A stretch of DNA of 31,101 nucleotides, taken from the NCBI RefSeq assembly GCF_006345805.1, contig NW_021836488.1:1-31101 (forward strand), in the 5' to 3' direction. The notes below the pieces were generated by a model, which did not search any database, was not told where the DNA came from, and saw nothing but the letters and a program-made list of their open reading frames with translations. Shown in pieces: positions 11,680 through 22,217 of the stretch. The position numbers and the translations under genes were made by a program. Positions within the stretch are counted from its first letter, which is position 1. Every line of letters starts with the position of its first letter. This DNA comes from Octopus sinensis. Its lineage: Eukaryota.

Positions 11680-12810
11680 CTGTGGCTCGCAAATTTGTGT
11701 TTTCATGTTGCTAGGATGTTTCCCATTCTAGAATTTGTGTCTTGATGTGATGTATTGTATTCTGTTTTATGAGTTACTCCTCTGATGCAGCCATAGATTA
11801 TGTAACTAGTTGGAAATATGGTTCATGTAGTATATATGCTAAATGCGGTTTATAAAGTTTTTACCGAATGCAGAATCTGTCGTACCTGAACGTATGTAGT
11901 GTAGTACATCCGTTCCTTGTTTATCATGGAGTTTGGGTCCAAAGCACACAGTGATAAATGAAACCGTGATAAATGAATTCGGGATAAATGAATTCGTGAT
12001 AAATGAATCATCTCCACGCATTTTGTAAATAAAATTGACCCACTGATTCATTGAAACCAAACTCGCGGCCCACAGCAGGGAAGCTTCCATCGTCATGTAT
12101 TTTCTTAATCTCTCCATCTCCCTGTTGAGAATACACTGATCTGCTTTATTAGTTGGGATCAGATAACTACGTGTTTACCCTGTTCCACTAATCGCGTGAT
12201 TAGTTTCAGTACATAAACTTGTATAAAAAAAAATATACGCAGCTTCGAAGCATGAATATATGAACAAAAGCTATAGTCAGTGCATTCTGGATAGCTGGAG
12301 ATCAGTCCGTGATAAGCATAACATAGTTCACAATAGAACGTACTGCATCATTACGGATCAGTGATAAACAACGCTACATGTATTATGTTATGGTTTTGCA
12401 CAAGAACTTATTCGGTACTCGTGAACTAATATTTGCTTCAGTCGTAAAATTTCCCGGCTTAAATCTTTTGTGAACGATAACGTAAAAGATCGACTAAGAA
12501 GACATTTGATTATTGATACTTTGAATCTATGGGGATATTCGGTATCTCAGTAAATGAGTAGACATTTATTTATAATAGTGGTTGAGTATACCGAGGTGCA
12601 ATTATGCTCTCCCTTATCTCTATATTTCAATTTACGAATAGGATGTTGATGTGATCTCAATCTTTGCTAGAGTTATGATAGATTATAAATATAAGGTGGA
12701 TTTAACTTCGAGATTAACTTCATTGCTTCTTCTTCAACCCATTTGTCTCAATGAATATGTCATCAGCATATTTGATATAGATGTTTAGAAATACCTTACT
12801 TTTCATATTT
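11680..12810 (-). mobile_element. Old Penelope-like retroelement fossil (RT through GIY-YIG), interrupted by a Tigger-like element
   Basis: Minus-strand translation with frameshifts and stops: KYADDIFI (YxDD), GVEEEAMKLISKLN, HINILFVN, TSVY, YPHRFKVSIIKCLLSRSF...EILRLKQILV. Beyond the insertion: LHYI...FGKN and GVTHKTEYN...MG...NMKTQICE. Motif order matches Penelope RT, thumb/linker and GIY-YIG; the RT part is better supported than the GIY-YIG part. Confidence 0.65.
11907..12380 (-). mobile_element. Tigger/pogo-type internally deleted DNA transposon
   Basis: TA at 11905-6 and 12381-2. Imperfect TIRs CAT-CCGTTCC-TTGTTTATCA and CAT-GTAGCG-TTGTTTATCA. Subterminal 15-bp repeats at 11951-12010. 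Minus-strand relic 12121-12010 EIKKIHDDGSFPAVGREFGFNES/VNFIYK resembles the N-terminal HTH of pogo/CENP-B transposases. Confidence 0.65.
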
Positions 12811-12883
12811 GTATATATGCAAATATTATTTGTTATATGTGTGCGTGTACAAGTATAGGTATGTATTATATGCATATATATAT

Positions 12884-13113
12884 ATATTTCTTTACTGCCC
12901 ACAAGGGGCTAAACATAGAGGGGACAAACAAGGACAGACAAAGGGACTAAGTCGATTACATCGAGCCCAGTGCGAAGCTGGTACTTTATTTATCGACCCT
13001 GAAAGGATGAAAGGCAAAGTCGACCTCGGCGGAATTTGAACTCAGAACGTAACGACAGACGAAATACCGCTAAGCATTTCGCCCAGCGCACTAACGTTTC
13101 TGCTAGCTCGCCT
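12884..13113 (-). mobile_element. Full-length SINE family A monomer
   Basis: tatttctttactgcccacaaggggctaaac...gtcgacctcggcggaatttgaactcagaacg...ctgctagctcgcctt. Confidence 0.9.
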
Positions 13114-13124
13114 TATATATATAT

Positions 13125-13442
13125 GGTGCTCATCAACCTCGATACCTAGAAAACGCTAGCACAAGACTGCCCTGTATGGCGTAGCTGCACCAACTAAGGT
13201 GCGACCTCCAACAAACAAAAACAGTATCGTAGGAGAACAAAGAAAACGTGAGCTGCTAAAGTGTGAAACCAAATCCTCGCATTCCTTCCCAGCAGGACCG
13301 ACCTGCAAGCAGAACCTTCCGAGCACGCATCGGCCTGATCGGTTTGGCCACAGTTTGAACGACTACAGTCGGACACACCGTGACCCAACTTCTTCTTCCA
13401 TGTGATATGGTTTTGGTCATCGTCGACAACGACAAACGAACA
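13125..13442 (+). mobile_element. RTE-clade LINE 3' end (ORF2 C-terminus and 3' UTR), degraded
   Basis: Translates INLDT*KTLAQDCPVWRSCTN*GATS...EQRKRELLK...PTCK/FRARIGLIG...SRTH, matching the RTE/BovB C-terminus (W..AQDR..WR..I..GA; CxxC..FRARIGLxSHxRTH). Confidence 0.8.
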
Positions 13443-13923
13443 TTATTACAATCTTTAATTCCGTCACTTATGCCGATGTGGATTCGAATGCAACCAAGAG
13501 ACTGTGACTCTGTACTAATATATTAACATTAGCTCCTAAACCTGTGCTGGAATGCAGACATGAACGCAAACTGATTCTTATAGTTCGAAAGAGTTAAGGA
13601 CTTCACATATATTCCTGGATGCCATTTTTCTTTGTTGTCCATACCTATCTCTGCACGCGCTTGTGTATGTATATATACATATATGCATATATATATGTCT
13701 TCTTTTTGTACGTGCGTATATCTATTCGATACACACACATACTATCTCACTGAAATAGATGGATAGATAGATAAATTGATGTGTGTGTATATATATATAA
13801 ATATAGGTGTGTGTCTATACGTATATATATATGTATATATATATGTATATAAATATATATAGATATATATATATATATATATAATGTATGTATGTGTGTA
13901 TGTGTGTATAGATATACACACAG

Positions 13924-14067
13924 ATCGATCAACATTTTGACCAAGATTTCTTCCTATCGATCTATTGTAGCCAAATTAATTGAAGTGTTTATCTATCGAT
14001 CTCTCTGTAAATATGATTATCGATTTAACAATTTCTTTTATCGATTCATCAGATGAAATTAATTATT
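13924..14067. promoter_or_regulatory. Candidate homotypic cluster: five ATCGAT palindromes plus TAATT homeodomain-type sites
   Basis: ATCGAT at 13924, 13956, 13995, 14019 and 14040; AATTAATT near 13974 and 14057. Function is inferred only. Confidence 0.3.
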
Positions 14068-14325
14068 CATAAATCTAAGCACTTTTACAAGTAAAAACAG
14101 TACACGTAAAATATACACACACGCACACGTAGAGAAACACACATACGTAAACATACACAAATGCTAGCGCTCGCACACATACGCACACACACACTCACAT
14201 ACACACATATACACACACATATCTCCCACACACATTAGCAATTATTTAAAATTTTATTTTATAAAAAGATATTGTAGAATAATGGTAATGAGAATGGTAG
14301 AACCAGGAAGAGGTTCCCGGTAAAT

Positions 14326-14499
14326 GGGTGCATGCCTAGGTGTGTTCACTTCGCAACCACCTGTTTCCGGATTCTAGGGATTTAGGTTCAATTTCGTTGC
14401 CCAGCATTTCGGGTTAGCATCTCCTGTCATAACCTTGGGGTAACTAATCCAGTACCTAGTAAGTGGAAATTGGTAGATAGAAACTGTGTTGAAGCTCCC
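14326..14499 (+). mobile_element. Degraded SINE family B head half
   Basis: gcaaccacctgtttccggattc...aagtggaaattggtagatagaaactgtgttgaagc resembles the B head ending gagtggatttggtagacggaaactgaaagaagc. Confidence 0.5.
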
Positions 14500-14641
14500 C
14501 TAAGTTAGGAGGACGTAAATACAATAACATCGGTTGCCAGGCGATGGTGAGTGGAGACAAACACAGACACACACACACACACACACACACACGTACATAC
14601 ATACATACATACATACATGCATGGATACATACATACATACA

Positions 14642-14673
<32 letters not shown>

Positions 14674-15102
14674 ATAAATAAATACTCCCTTTTAAAGCCT
14701 AGCCAGGCTTATGGGCCCGGTTTCTCGGTTTCAATGGCATATGTGTTCCCCAGCTGGACGGGACGCCAGTCCATCGCAGCGTTACTCATTTTTGCCAGCT
14801 GAGTGGACTGGAGCAACATGAAATGAAGTGTTTTGCTCAAGAACACAACGCATCGCCCGGTCCAGGAATCCACAATCTTACGCTCATGATGCTGACACCC
14901 TAACCACTATGCCACGTGCCTCCATACATACATATATATATATATATATTATACGACGGGCTTCTTTCAGTTTCCGTCTACCAAATCCACTCACAAAGGC
15001 TTTGGTCAGCCCGAGGCTATAGTAGAACACATTTGCCGAAGGTGCCACGCAGTGGGACTGAACCTGGTACCATGTGATTGGGAAGCAAGCTTCTTACCGC
15101 AC

Positions 15103-15103
<1 letters not shown>
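14500..15103 (-). mobile_element. SINE family B split by a nested family C insertion
   Basis: B middle (14500-14570, ggacgtaaa...catcggttg...gacaaacacagac), then CA/CATA tract, C element, TA tract and B head (14951-15103). Confidence 0.75.
14672..14923 (-). mobile_element. SINE family C (tRNA-like head)
   Basis: Minus strand ggaggcacgtggcatagtggttagggtgtcagc...ttcctggaccgggcgatgcgttgtgttcttgagcaaaacacttc...gcgatggactggcgtcccgtccag; homologous to 26481-26720. Confidence 0.8.

Positions 15104-15104
<1 letters not shown>

Positions 15105-15188
<84 letters not shown>
15105..15188. repeat. (GATA)n tetranucleotide tract
   Basis: Seen directly. Confidence 0.95.
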
Positions 15189-15189
<1 letters not shown>

Positions 15190-15459
15190 CCTTAACCCTA
15201 CTCTGAGTTTCACCCTTAACAGGGCTAGGTATGCAACTCAGCGTTGACTGTCAAGTTTATATAGATAATCTCTGTCCACACTACTCAGCGTATTGAGTTC
15301 TATACCGGATTATGATGGTTCTAAGTCAAAAAAACATACATATTATTGATATATTTTTCTACTCGTACACTAACATAGGTGTGTAAAGATGTGTGTATGA
15401 GCGCGTGTGTGTGTGTGTTTTCGAAACAAAAGTCAGCAACTTGTTCGCACCTTCACTTA

Positions 15460-15759
15460 GTCAAACACACACACACATACACATACACGCATACACACAC
15501 ACTCGCGCGCACACACACACACAACACACACACACATACACACACATACATGCACACACAATTTGCACACTCACTGTACGACTTGCCATCGAGCACGCTT
15601 GCGATTTGGCGACATTTTTACCCTACGCAACGCTCCCGCAATTCGATATTGTGTCTGTCTGTCTGTCTGCCTGTCTTTCTGTCTGTCTGTCTGCCTGTCT
15701 GTCTTTCTGTCTGTCTGTCTTTCTGTCTGTCTGTCTTTCTGTCTGTCTGTCTTTCTGTC

Positions 15760-15793
<34 letters not shown>

Positions 15794-16208
15794 GCTCTCA
15801 TTGTCTCTCAATCTTTCTCCTTCTCATTCTCTCTATATATTTTTCTTTCTTTCTCTGTCATTCTCTCTCTCTCTCTCTCTCTCTAGTTCTCATTCTCTCT
15901 CTATCTCTTTCTCATTCTCACTCTATATTTTTTTTCTTCCTAACTCTGTCATTCTCTTTCTCTCTCTCCCTCTCCCTCTCTCTCTCTTTCTCTCACTCAC
16001 TCACTTTCTCTTTCGCTCTGTCGATCAATCCACTTATCTATCTTTTAATCCATCTACGCACCTACCTATTTCAATCACATTTTCTTTCTTTCCTCTTCAC
16101 ATACATACAAACACACACACGTATACACGCACGCACATGTACACACACACTGTTACATACACAACCACGCAGTGACATATACGCAGAGTAGTCGTCTTTT
16201 GTCTCCTG

Positions 16209-16264
<56 letters not shown>

Positions 16265-16382
16265 CTATATATATATACATATATATATAAATATATATAT
16301 ATATGATAATATATATACTAATATTTTGTTCCACGTTCCTCGCGTTGTTGTGTTTTTTTTTTGCTTTCTTGCTTGGATTAAC

Positions 16383-16435
<53 letters not shown>

Positions 16436-16700
16436 TTATCTATCTATCTATCTATCTATTTGTCTATCTGTCTGTCTGTGTATTCATTTTCTATCTGTTT
16501 GCCTCTCTCTGTCTCCGTTACTCTCTCTCTCCCTTAATATGTATATATATATACACACACAGAGAGATTCGTAGATACATCAGTACACACATACATTCAT
16601 CAACACACGCATATTACACACGCACACACACACACAGACACACACACGCACACACACAGACACACACACGCAACACACACACACACACGCACACACAAAC
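15460..16700. repeat. Compound (CA)n/(CTGT)n/(CT)n/(TATC)n/(TA)n microsatellite field
   Basis: Seen directly; source of ORFs 15379-16710. Confidence 0.95.
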
Positions 16701-17406
16701 TGCACTATAAAGCCATCACGCTTTACTAAACCTGTTCAATGTTGACAGCTGATCAGCATTCAATGTTAAACTCGTCAAAATGTCTTCATCTCGTTTTCTC
16801 CCCCCCCCCTCCCATCCACCCCCACCACCGTTTCTCTTTCGTTCCTTCTATCGTTTATTCCTTTCTTTTATTCTTCCTCTCTTTCTCTCTTCTTTTTCTA
16901 TCTTTTCCTATCTTTTTCTATTTTTTTAATTCTATTTTTGTTTCTTCATATTTTTTTTTTTATTTATTTTGTCCCCGATTACAGTTTATTTAGATGATTT
17001 TTCTTGTGTGTATGTGTGCGCGTGTGTGTCTTTCTGAACAGACGATTTAGGATTTTTTCCCCCTATTCTGTTGGCTTGTTTTCTTTTTATTTTGTTGTTA
17101 TATTAATAAAATTGTTGTTGTTTCTTTCTATCATAACAAATACATTGAATCGAGGACAATTGATAGAAAAAATATGATTTTTATATTTATTTTGTATTTT
17201 TTCCCCATTTTGATCCAGTATTTAATCTTTAAACACACTCATCCTCTCACAGACGCATTATATATATACATGTATGTTTGTGTATGTGTATGTTTGTATA
17301 CATGTGTGTGTTATTATATCTATGTTAAAACTATATCTTATATATCTATATATACATATAAATACGTCCATACATATATATATATAGAGAGAGAGAAAAG
17401 TCATTA

Positions 17407-17447
<41 letters not shown>

Positions 17448-18216
17448 TTATATATATATAATGACATTTCTCTGGCTATTTAATTCAGATTTAGTCTCAG
17501 TGACTCAACAGAAGGCAGAGGGAGCGACAGGAGAAAGGAAAAAAATATTTTATTGCCCATAAAATTAATTTTATAGTCCAAGATATGATTCTGGCGACTA
17601 ATTAAATTAACTGTTACTTAGTAACACATTCGGCATTTTGATCCTAGATTAAGAACTGAAATGATGATGATGATAATAATAATAATAATGATTATGATGA
17701 TGATGACGATGATGATCATGATGATGATAATTTTGTAGCTATGAACAATTTGAGTTCATTTCTATTCCTGTAGCTGATACTTTCCATTGGAGATTGGGAT
17801 CGGGGTGTGGGGTTACACCATTCACCCCATACAAGAGACAAAACGTTATGTTCTTACAAGGACATTTTCGTATACGATGTGTTAAGCGTTATTCATGGAC
17901 ATCTCAAATATGTTTCCACAACCCAAAATTCCTTTCTGTATCCTAATGTCTGTCAAATGATTCTGAGACAGCTCTTGTCTTTTTAATGTCGTTGATCCCT
18001 GATAATTGCTTAATGGATCTTAGATATAAATATAGAATTGTTATTTTTATTTTATAAATAGAGGTTTGGCGAAGTGCTAAACACCTATTTGATGTTTAGC
18101 TCAACATATTGTGAACGTTTTTGAGCTTAGAAGCTTTTTTTTTATTTTTGTTTTTTGTCTTTCTTAGTTTTGCGGATATCTTTTTTATTTTAAATTATTT
18201 TTATTATATATATTTA

Positions 18217-18420
18217 TTAAGGAAGCGATCTAATAGAATCGTCTGTGCACCAGACAAAAATGCCCAGCGGTTTTTCTTCCGGCTCTTTCCGTTCTGTTTC
18301 AACTTGGCTTTTCATCCTTTTGAGATTAACAAAATACTGTACCAGTCAATTAATGGGGTCTACGTAATCGACTACCCACCTCACAACTACTGGAGGTATG
18401 CCGAAATTTGAAACAATTAT
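18217..18420 (+). mobile_element. Degraded SINE family A
   Basis: aaggaagcgatctaatagaatcgt...acttggcttttcatccttttgag...gtaccagtc...cgtaatcgactaccc...aaatttgaaaca. Confidence 0.6.
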
Positions 18421-18534
18421 TATTACTCTTCTTACTTTTGTTTCCTCATCTTAAGATATAGTCAGCTTTTTGAGTATTCCTTATTATTGATAATTTCTCC
18501 TCTGGAGCGGCTAGCGATGAGCTTGTTAGATTTT

Positions 18535-18650
18535 TGCCAATTTACCCTTTCGGGGTCGATAAAGTAAGTACCAGTTTAGAAATAGGATGATGTAGTCAAC
18601 TTTCACGCTCCCTCGATGTCGCTGGCTTCGTGCCAAAAATTTGAAACTAA
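18535..18650 (+). mobile_element. SINE family A 3' fragment
   Basis: ccctttcggggtcgataaagtaagtaccag...gctggcttcgtgccaaaaatttgaaact. Confidence 0.65.
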
Positions 18651-19049
18651 TATAGGTTCAACTTTGCAAATAGGACGGGACCTGGAATTACGTTTTTGAG
18701 ACTTCTTATATTTCAAGTTCAAATCCTACGGATGCTATCGAATTTGCATTTCTGTTTTTCGTGAATGAGTAAATATAAGCTCCAGTTAAGTACCAGTCAA
18801 ATATTCGGGATTGGCCCTTCAAGTGGTAGTACCCTGTGCAAATTGAATTTCGACGCTCTTAAAAATATAATGTTTGAAACATTTTGTATACGGTGAAAAA
18901 TCTATACATGACCTAATGGAAATACTTATTATAATATGCAAACAAATGAGAACAGTTTCGAACCCAGCACCAAAGTTTCAAACTTTTTTCAATGATATGA
19001 TAACTACACTCACTGAATTTACATACATTCCCAACCCTTGTTATCTGGA

Positions 19050-19271
19050 AGATCCCAAACAGATGACGTGGCGCCCCTATAACGTCATACTCCAGACAAC
19101 TTCACAGCTTCATGAGTTGCTGTTTCCTTCCTGACTGCCTTGTAAATTTTTGGTCGCTCTAAATATTACTTTCACGTACCCCACCACTCTTTCGTTTTGA
19201 CAGATCCCAAAAAAACATAACGTGGCGCTCCTTACCAAGTGATACTCCAGGCGGCACCTCGCGTTGCTGTT
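19050..19271 (+). repeat. Diverged direct duplication, 152-bp period
   Basis: agatcccaaacagatgacgtggcgcccc...atactccag...gttgctgtt (19050) versus agatcccaaaaaaacataacgtggcgctcc...atactccag...gttgctgtt (19202). Confidence 0.75.
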
Positions 19272-19467
19272 AATTTCAGTTGGACCCGCAAATATCGTGC
19301 TGGGATCTAAGCGATCCTATAAGAGCCTCAACCTTAAATTGCAGTATTGTGCTTCCGTTTGAAACATTTACCGTATTTGATGACATAGAAGATGCACTAT
19401 TTTCCCCATCAAAAAATGTCTCAAAACAATCACACCGGCTTCTATTTGCAAATTTGAGCTTATCTTG

Positions 19468-19672
19468 GGTTTCAAATTTTGGCACAAAGCCGGCAATTCT
19501 GGGGAAGGAGATGAGTCGTTTGCGTGCGTCGACCCCAGTACTCAACTGGTACTTATTTGATCGACCTCGAAAATAGGAAAGGCAAAGTCGAATCCGGCGT
19601 TATTTGAACTCAGAACGTAATGTCGGAAGAAATGCTACCGCTGCGGTAACAATTCTGCAAGCTCGCCGCCTT
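19468..19672 (-). mobile_element. SINE family A
   Basis: ggtttcaaattttggcac...ctggtacttatttgatcgacc...aggcaaagtcgaa...tttgaactcagaacg...gctcgccgcctt. Confidence 0.85.
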
Positions 19673-19703
19673 AAATTTGAGCCTATATTAAGATGATTCA
19701 ATA

Positions 19704-19914
19704 AGAGGGCGAGCTGGGAGAACCGTTAGCACGCTGGGCGAAATGCTTAGGGGTATTTCGTCTGCTCCTAGATTCTAAGTTCAAATGCTACCGAGGTCGA
19801 CTTTGCCTTCCATCCCTTCAGGTTCGACAAAGTAGGAACTAGTGGAACACTGCGGTTGATGTAATTGACTTACCCCGCTCCAAAATGGCCAACCTTTTGG
19901 CAAAATTTGAAACT
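19704..19914 (+). mobile_element. SINE family A
   Basis: gggcgagctgggagaaccgttagcacgctgggcgaaatgcttag...gaggtcgactttgccttccatcc...aaatttgaaact. Confidence 0.85.
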
Positions 19915-20000
19915 ATATAAATGCACCAAAAACATTTCCCCCACTAAATGTGCGTTGCTAAAATTGAGGTGCATCTAATATGCCCATGCATTTTTTATGG

Positions 20001-20256
20001 CAGCGGTCCTAAACTCATTTGCTCCACAGACCAGCTTCACAGAAAAAAACCGGTTTCACGGACCGGGGAGATCACGTGCATAACAAAGCACAATAAATTG
20101 AATAATATATAATTTAGTCATTACATAAATAATACAACCCCCACCGCCCACTGCAGACTGTGATAGTCAATAAAATAGAAATAACATTCTGAAATTTATT
20201 CTTTTTGTGATTCCAAGCCCGGTTCTGATCCGCGATTCGTTTTTTGGGGGCTCCTG
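20001..20256. mobile_element. hAT (Charlie/MER1-like) MITE with perfect 8-bp TSD
   Basis: TTTTATGG at 19993-20000 and 20257-20264. Termini CAGCGGTCCTAAAC and (reverse complement) CAGGAGCCCCCAAA. An 8-bp TSD is diagnostic of hAT. Confidence 0.85.
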
Positions 20257-20306
20257 TTTTATGGCATGAAATGCAGTAGATTTTTCTCTGAAGATAAAGA
20301 CCCCTT

Positions 20307-20307
<1 letters not shown>

Positions 20308-20377
<70 letters not shown>
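20308..20377. repeat. (CA)n tract
   Basis: Seen directly. Confidence 0.95.
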
Positions 20378-20799
20378 GAAATATACTCGAAATTATTTAG
20401 TTTTAGCGACTAATCTCTTGAGTTCAAATTCTGCTGCAGGTGAACTTTGCTTTCTTCCCACATCAGTAAACTAGTAATATAACTGCGGACCAATTCAATC
20501 AACCATCCTTGTTTCATCATATAGCAGCGTAGGAAATGTAAGAAGTCCTCTATATTCCAACTGAAGTAAGCTCTACTAACTAGAAAGTGGGACTACACAA
20601 CTTACTTCATTTCTCTTTGAAGCTCGCTTTGCAGTCACGTGATTTCTAGTTTAGTTCCTTTGCGCGGGAACTTGGACAAGTATAGCGCTGGGCCTACGAA
20701 TGCCTTGTTAGGGAACTTGATAGACGAAAGCTGTGTGAAAACTCTATCTATCAGTCTATCTATCTATCTCTCGTCTATTCTATCTATCTATCTATCTAT

Positions 20800-21165
20800 C
20801 TGAGTTCAAATTCACTGCGTGACACCTTGAGTGAGTGTCTCCTACAATAGCCTCGAGCCGACCAAAGCCTTGCGAAAGAAACCTGCCATATATATGTATG
20901 TATGTATATATATATGTATATATATATATATACACATGTGTGTGTGCCTGTCTGTTTGTGCGTATCTGTGTTCGTCTCCAACCATCACTTGACAACCGTT
21001 GTTGGTGTGTTTACGTCCCTGTATCTTAGAGGTCCAGCATAAAAACCCGATAGAATATGTATCAGTCTGAAAGCATAAGAAGAATAAATACTGGGGGGTC
21101 GATTTCCCAGCATGGGCGGTGCCCCAGCATGGCCGCACTCTAACGACTGAAAAAAGATTTAAAAA
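20800..21165 (+). mobile_element. SINE family B, 5'-clipped, diverged
   Basis: cactgcgtgacaccttg...tagcctcgagccgaccaaagccttg, then TA/TG tract, then gttggtgtgtttacgtccc...cccagcatggccgcac...gactgaaa. Confidence 0.8.
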
Positions 21166-21308
21166 ATAAAAGTTGTGGTGCTGTTATCAGTCCGAACATG
21201 TTTGATGCACGTTCGAACGGGGGGGGGGAAGCTACACACTGAAGTTCGTCACGGAGAATATATCTCGCTTGTTGACAAATGGTGTGTATACACCGAGATC
21301 ATCTCGCA

Positions 21309-21322
21309 GCGCCACCTACCTG
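21309..21322 (-). promoter_or_regulatory. CTCF-like core motif
   Basis: Minus strand CAGGTAGGTGGCGC matches the CCRSYAGRKGGCRS consensus at 13/14, in non-repetitive CpG-containing sequence. Confidence 0.3.
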
Positions 21323-21825
21323 GACTGTGAGATATTAACATTTCGGAGTAGTTATCTCCTCATCGGTTACAGGCACTAAGTAGACGGCACTGCGAGCTGA
21401 ACTAAGCGCTCCCTCTACGTAAAAAATTAAAGGCCTGATAACTCTCTCAGCTATAATCATATTTAAACTATAGTAAACATGCACTATGTCCTGCCCTCCC
21501 ATAAGCTATTATATATTTATATTTCTCATGAATCATAAAACTAGCATTATTAATTCAATACTACAATGTGCTATATTTAGCATCCCGTAGAATTCTATAT
21601 CTACGGCTACAAGCACCTCCGCCGTCTGTATAACCGTATTAACCATATACTCACCGCTAACATATACTCACCAACTCATCTCTCCTTTTCAGATCAATAT
21701 ATTTAATACATTATAGCGTCATTATTGGTTCAACACCATCAATACATCGTTCTCAATATCTAAAATATTCTCATATAATCCGATGTTTCAGAACCTCACT
21801 TCTCTGATCAGTGGCTCAGAATTAC

Positions 21826-22217
21826 GCGGCCGAGCTGGCAGAAACGTTAGCACTCCGGGCGAAATGCTTAGTGGTATTTCGCCTGTCTTTACGCACTGGG
21901 GTCGATATAATCGACTTAATCCGTGTGTTTGTCCTTGTTTGTCCTCTCTGTGTTTAGCCCCTTGTGGGTAGTAAAGAAATAGGTATTTCGTCTGGCGTTA
22001 CGTTCTGAGTTCAAATTCCGCCGAGGTCGACTTAGCCTTTCATCTTTTCAGGGTCGATTAAATAATTACCAGTTACACACTGGTGTCGATGTAATCTACA
22101 TAATCCGTTTGTCTGTCCTTGTTTGTCCCCTCTGTGTGTAGCCCCTTGTGGGCAGTAAAGAAATAGGTACTTCGCCTGTCTTTACGTCCTGAGTTCAAAT
22201 TCCGCCGAGATCGACTT
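21826..22217 (+). mobile_element. SINE family A tandem multimer (left arm of fold-back)
   Basis: Unit 1 at 21826-21981 (internal deletion between two ttacg), unit 2 at 21982-22165, partial unit 3 at 22166-22217. Confidence 0.9.

Larger units (their letters stand above)
19371..20276. mobile_element. Tc1/mariner-superfamily (Tc2/Kanga-like) MITE hosting two SINEs and a hAT MITE
   Basis: TA at 19369-70 and 20277-8. Left TIR CCGTATTTGATGACATAGAAGATGCA matches the reconstructed right TIR CTGCATTTCATGCCATAAAAAATGCA at 20/26 once the hAT insert and one TSD copy are removed. Confidence 0.75.

Noticed and set aside
18874-19134. 86-aa plus-strand ORF
   Set aside because: No recognisable homology, and its duplicated segment at 19202 is frameshifted.
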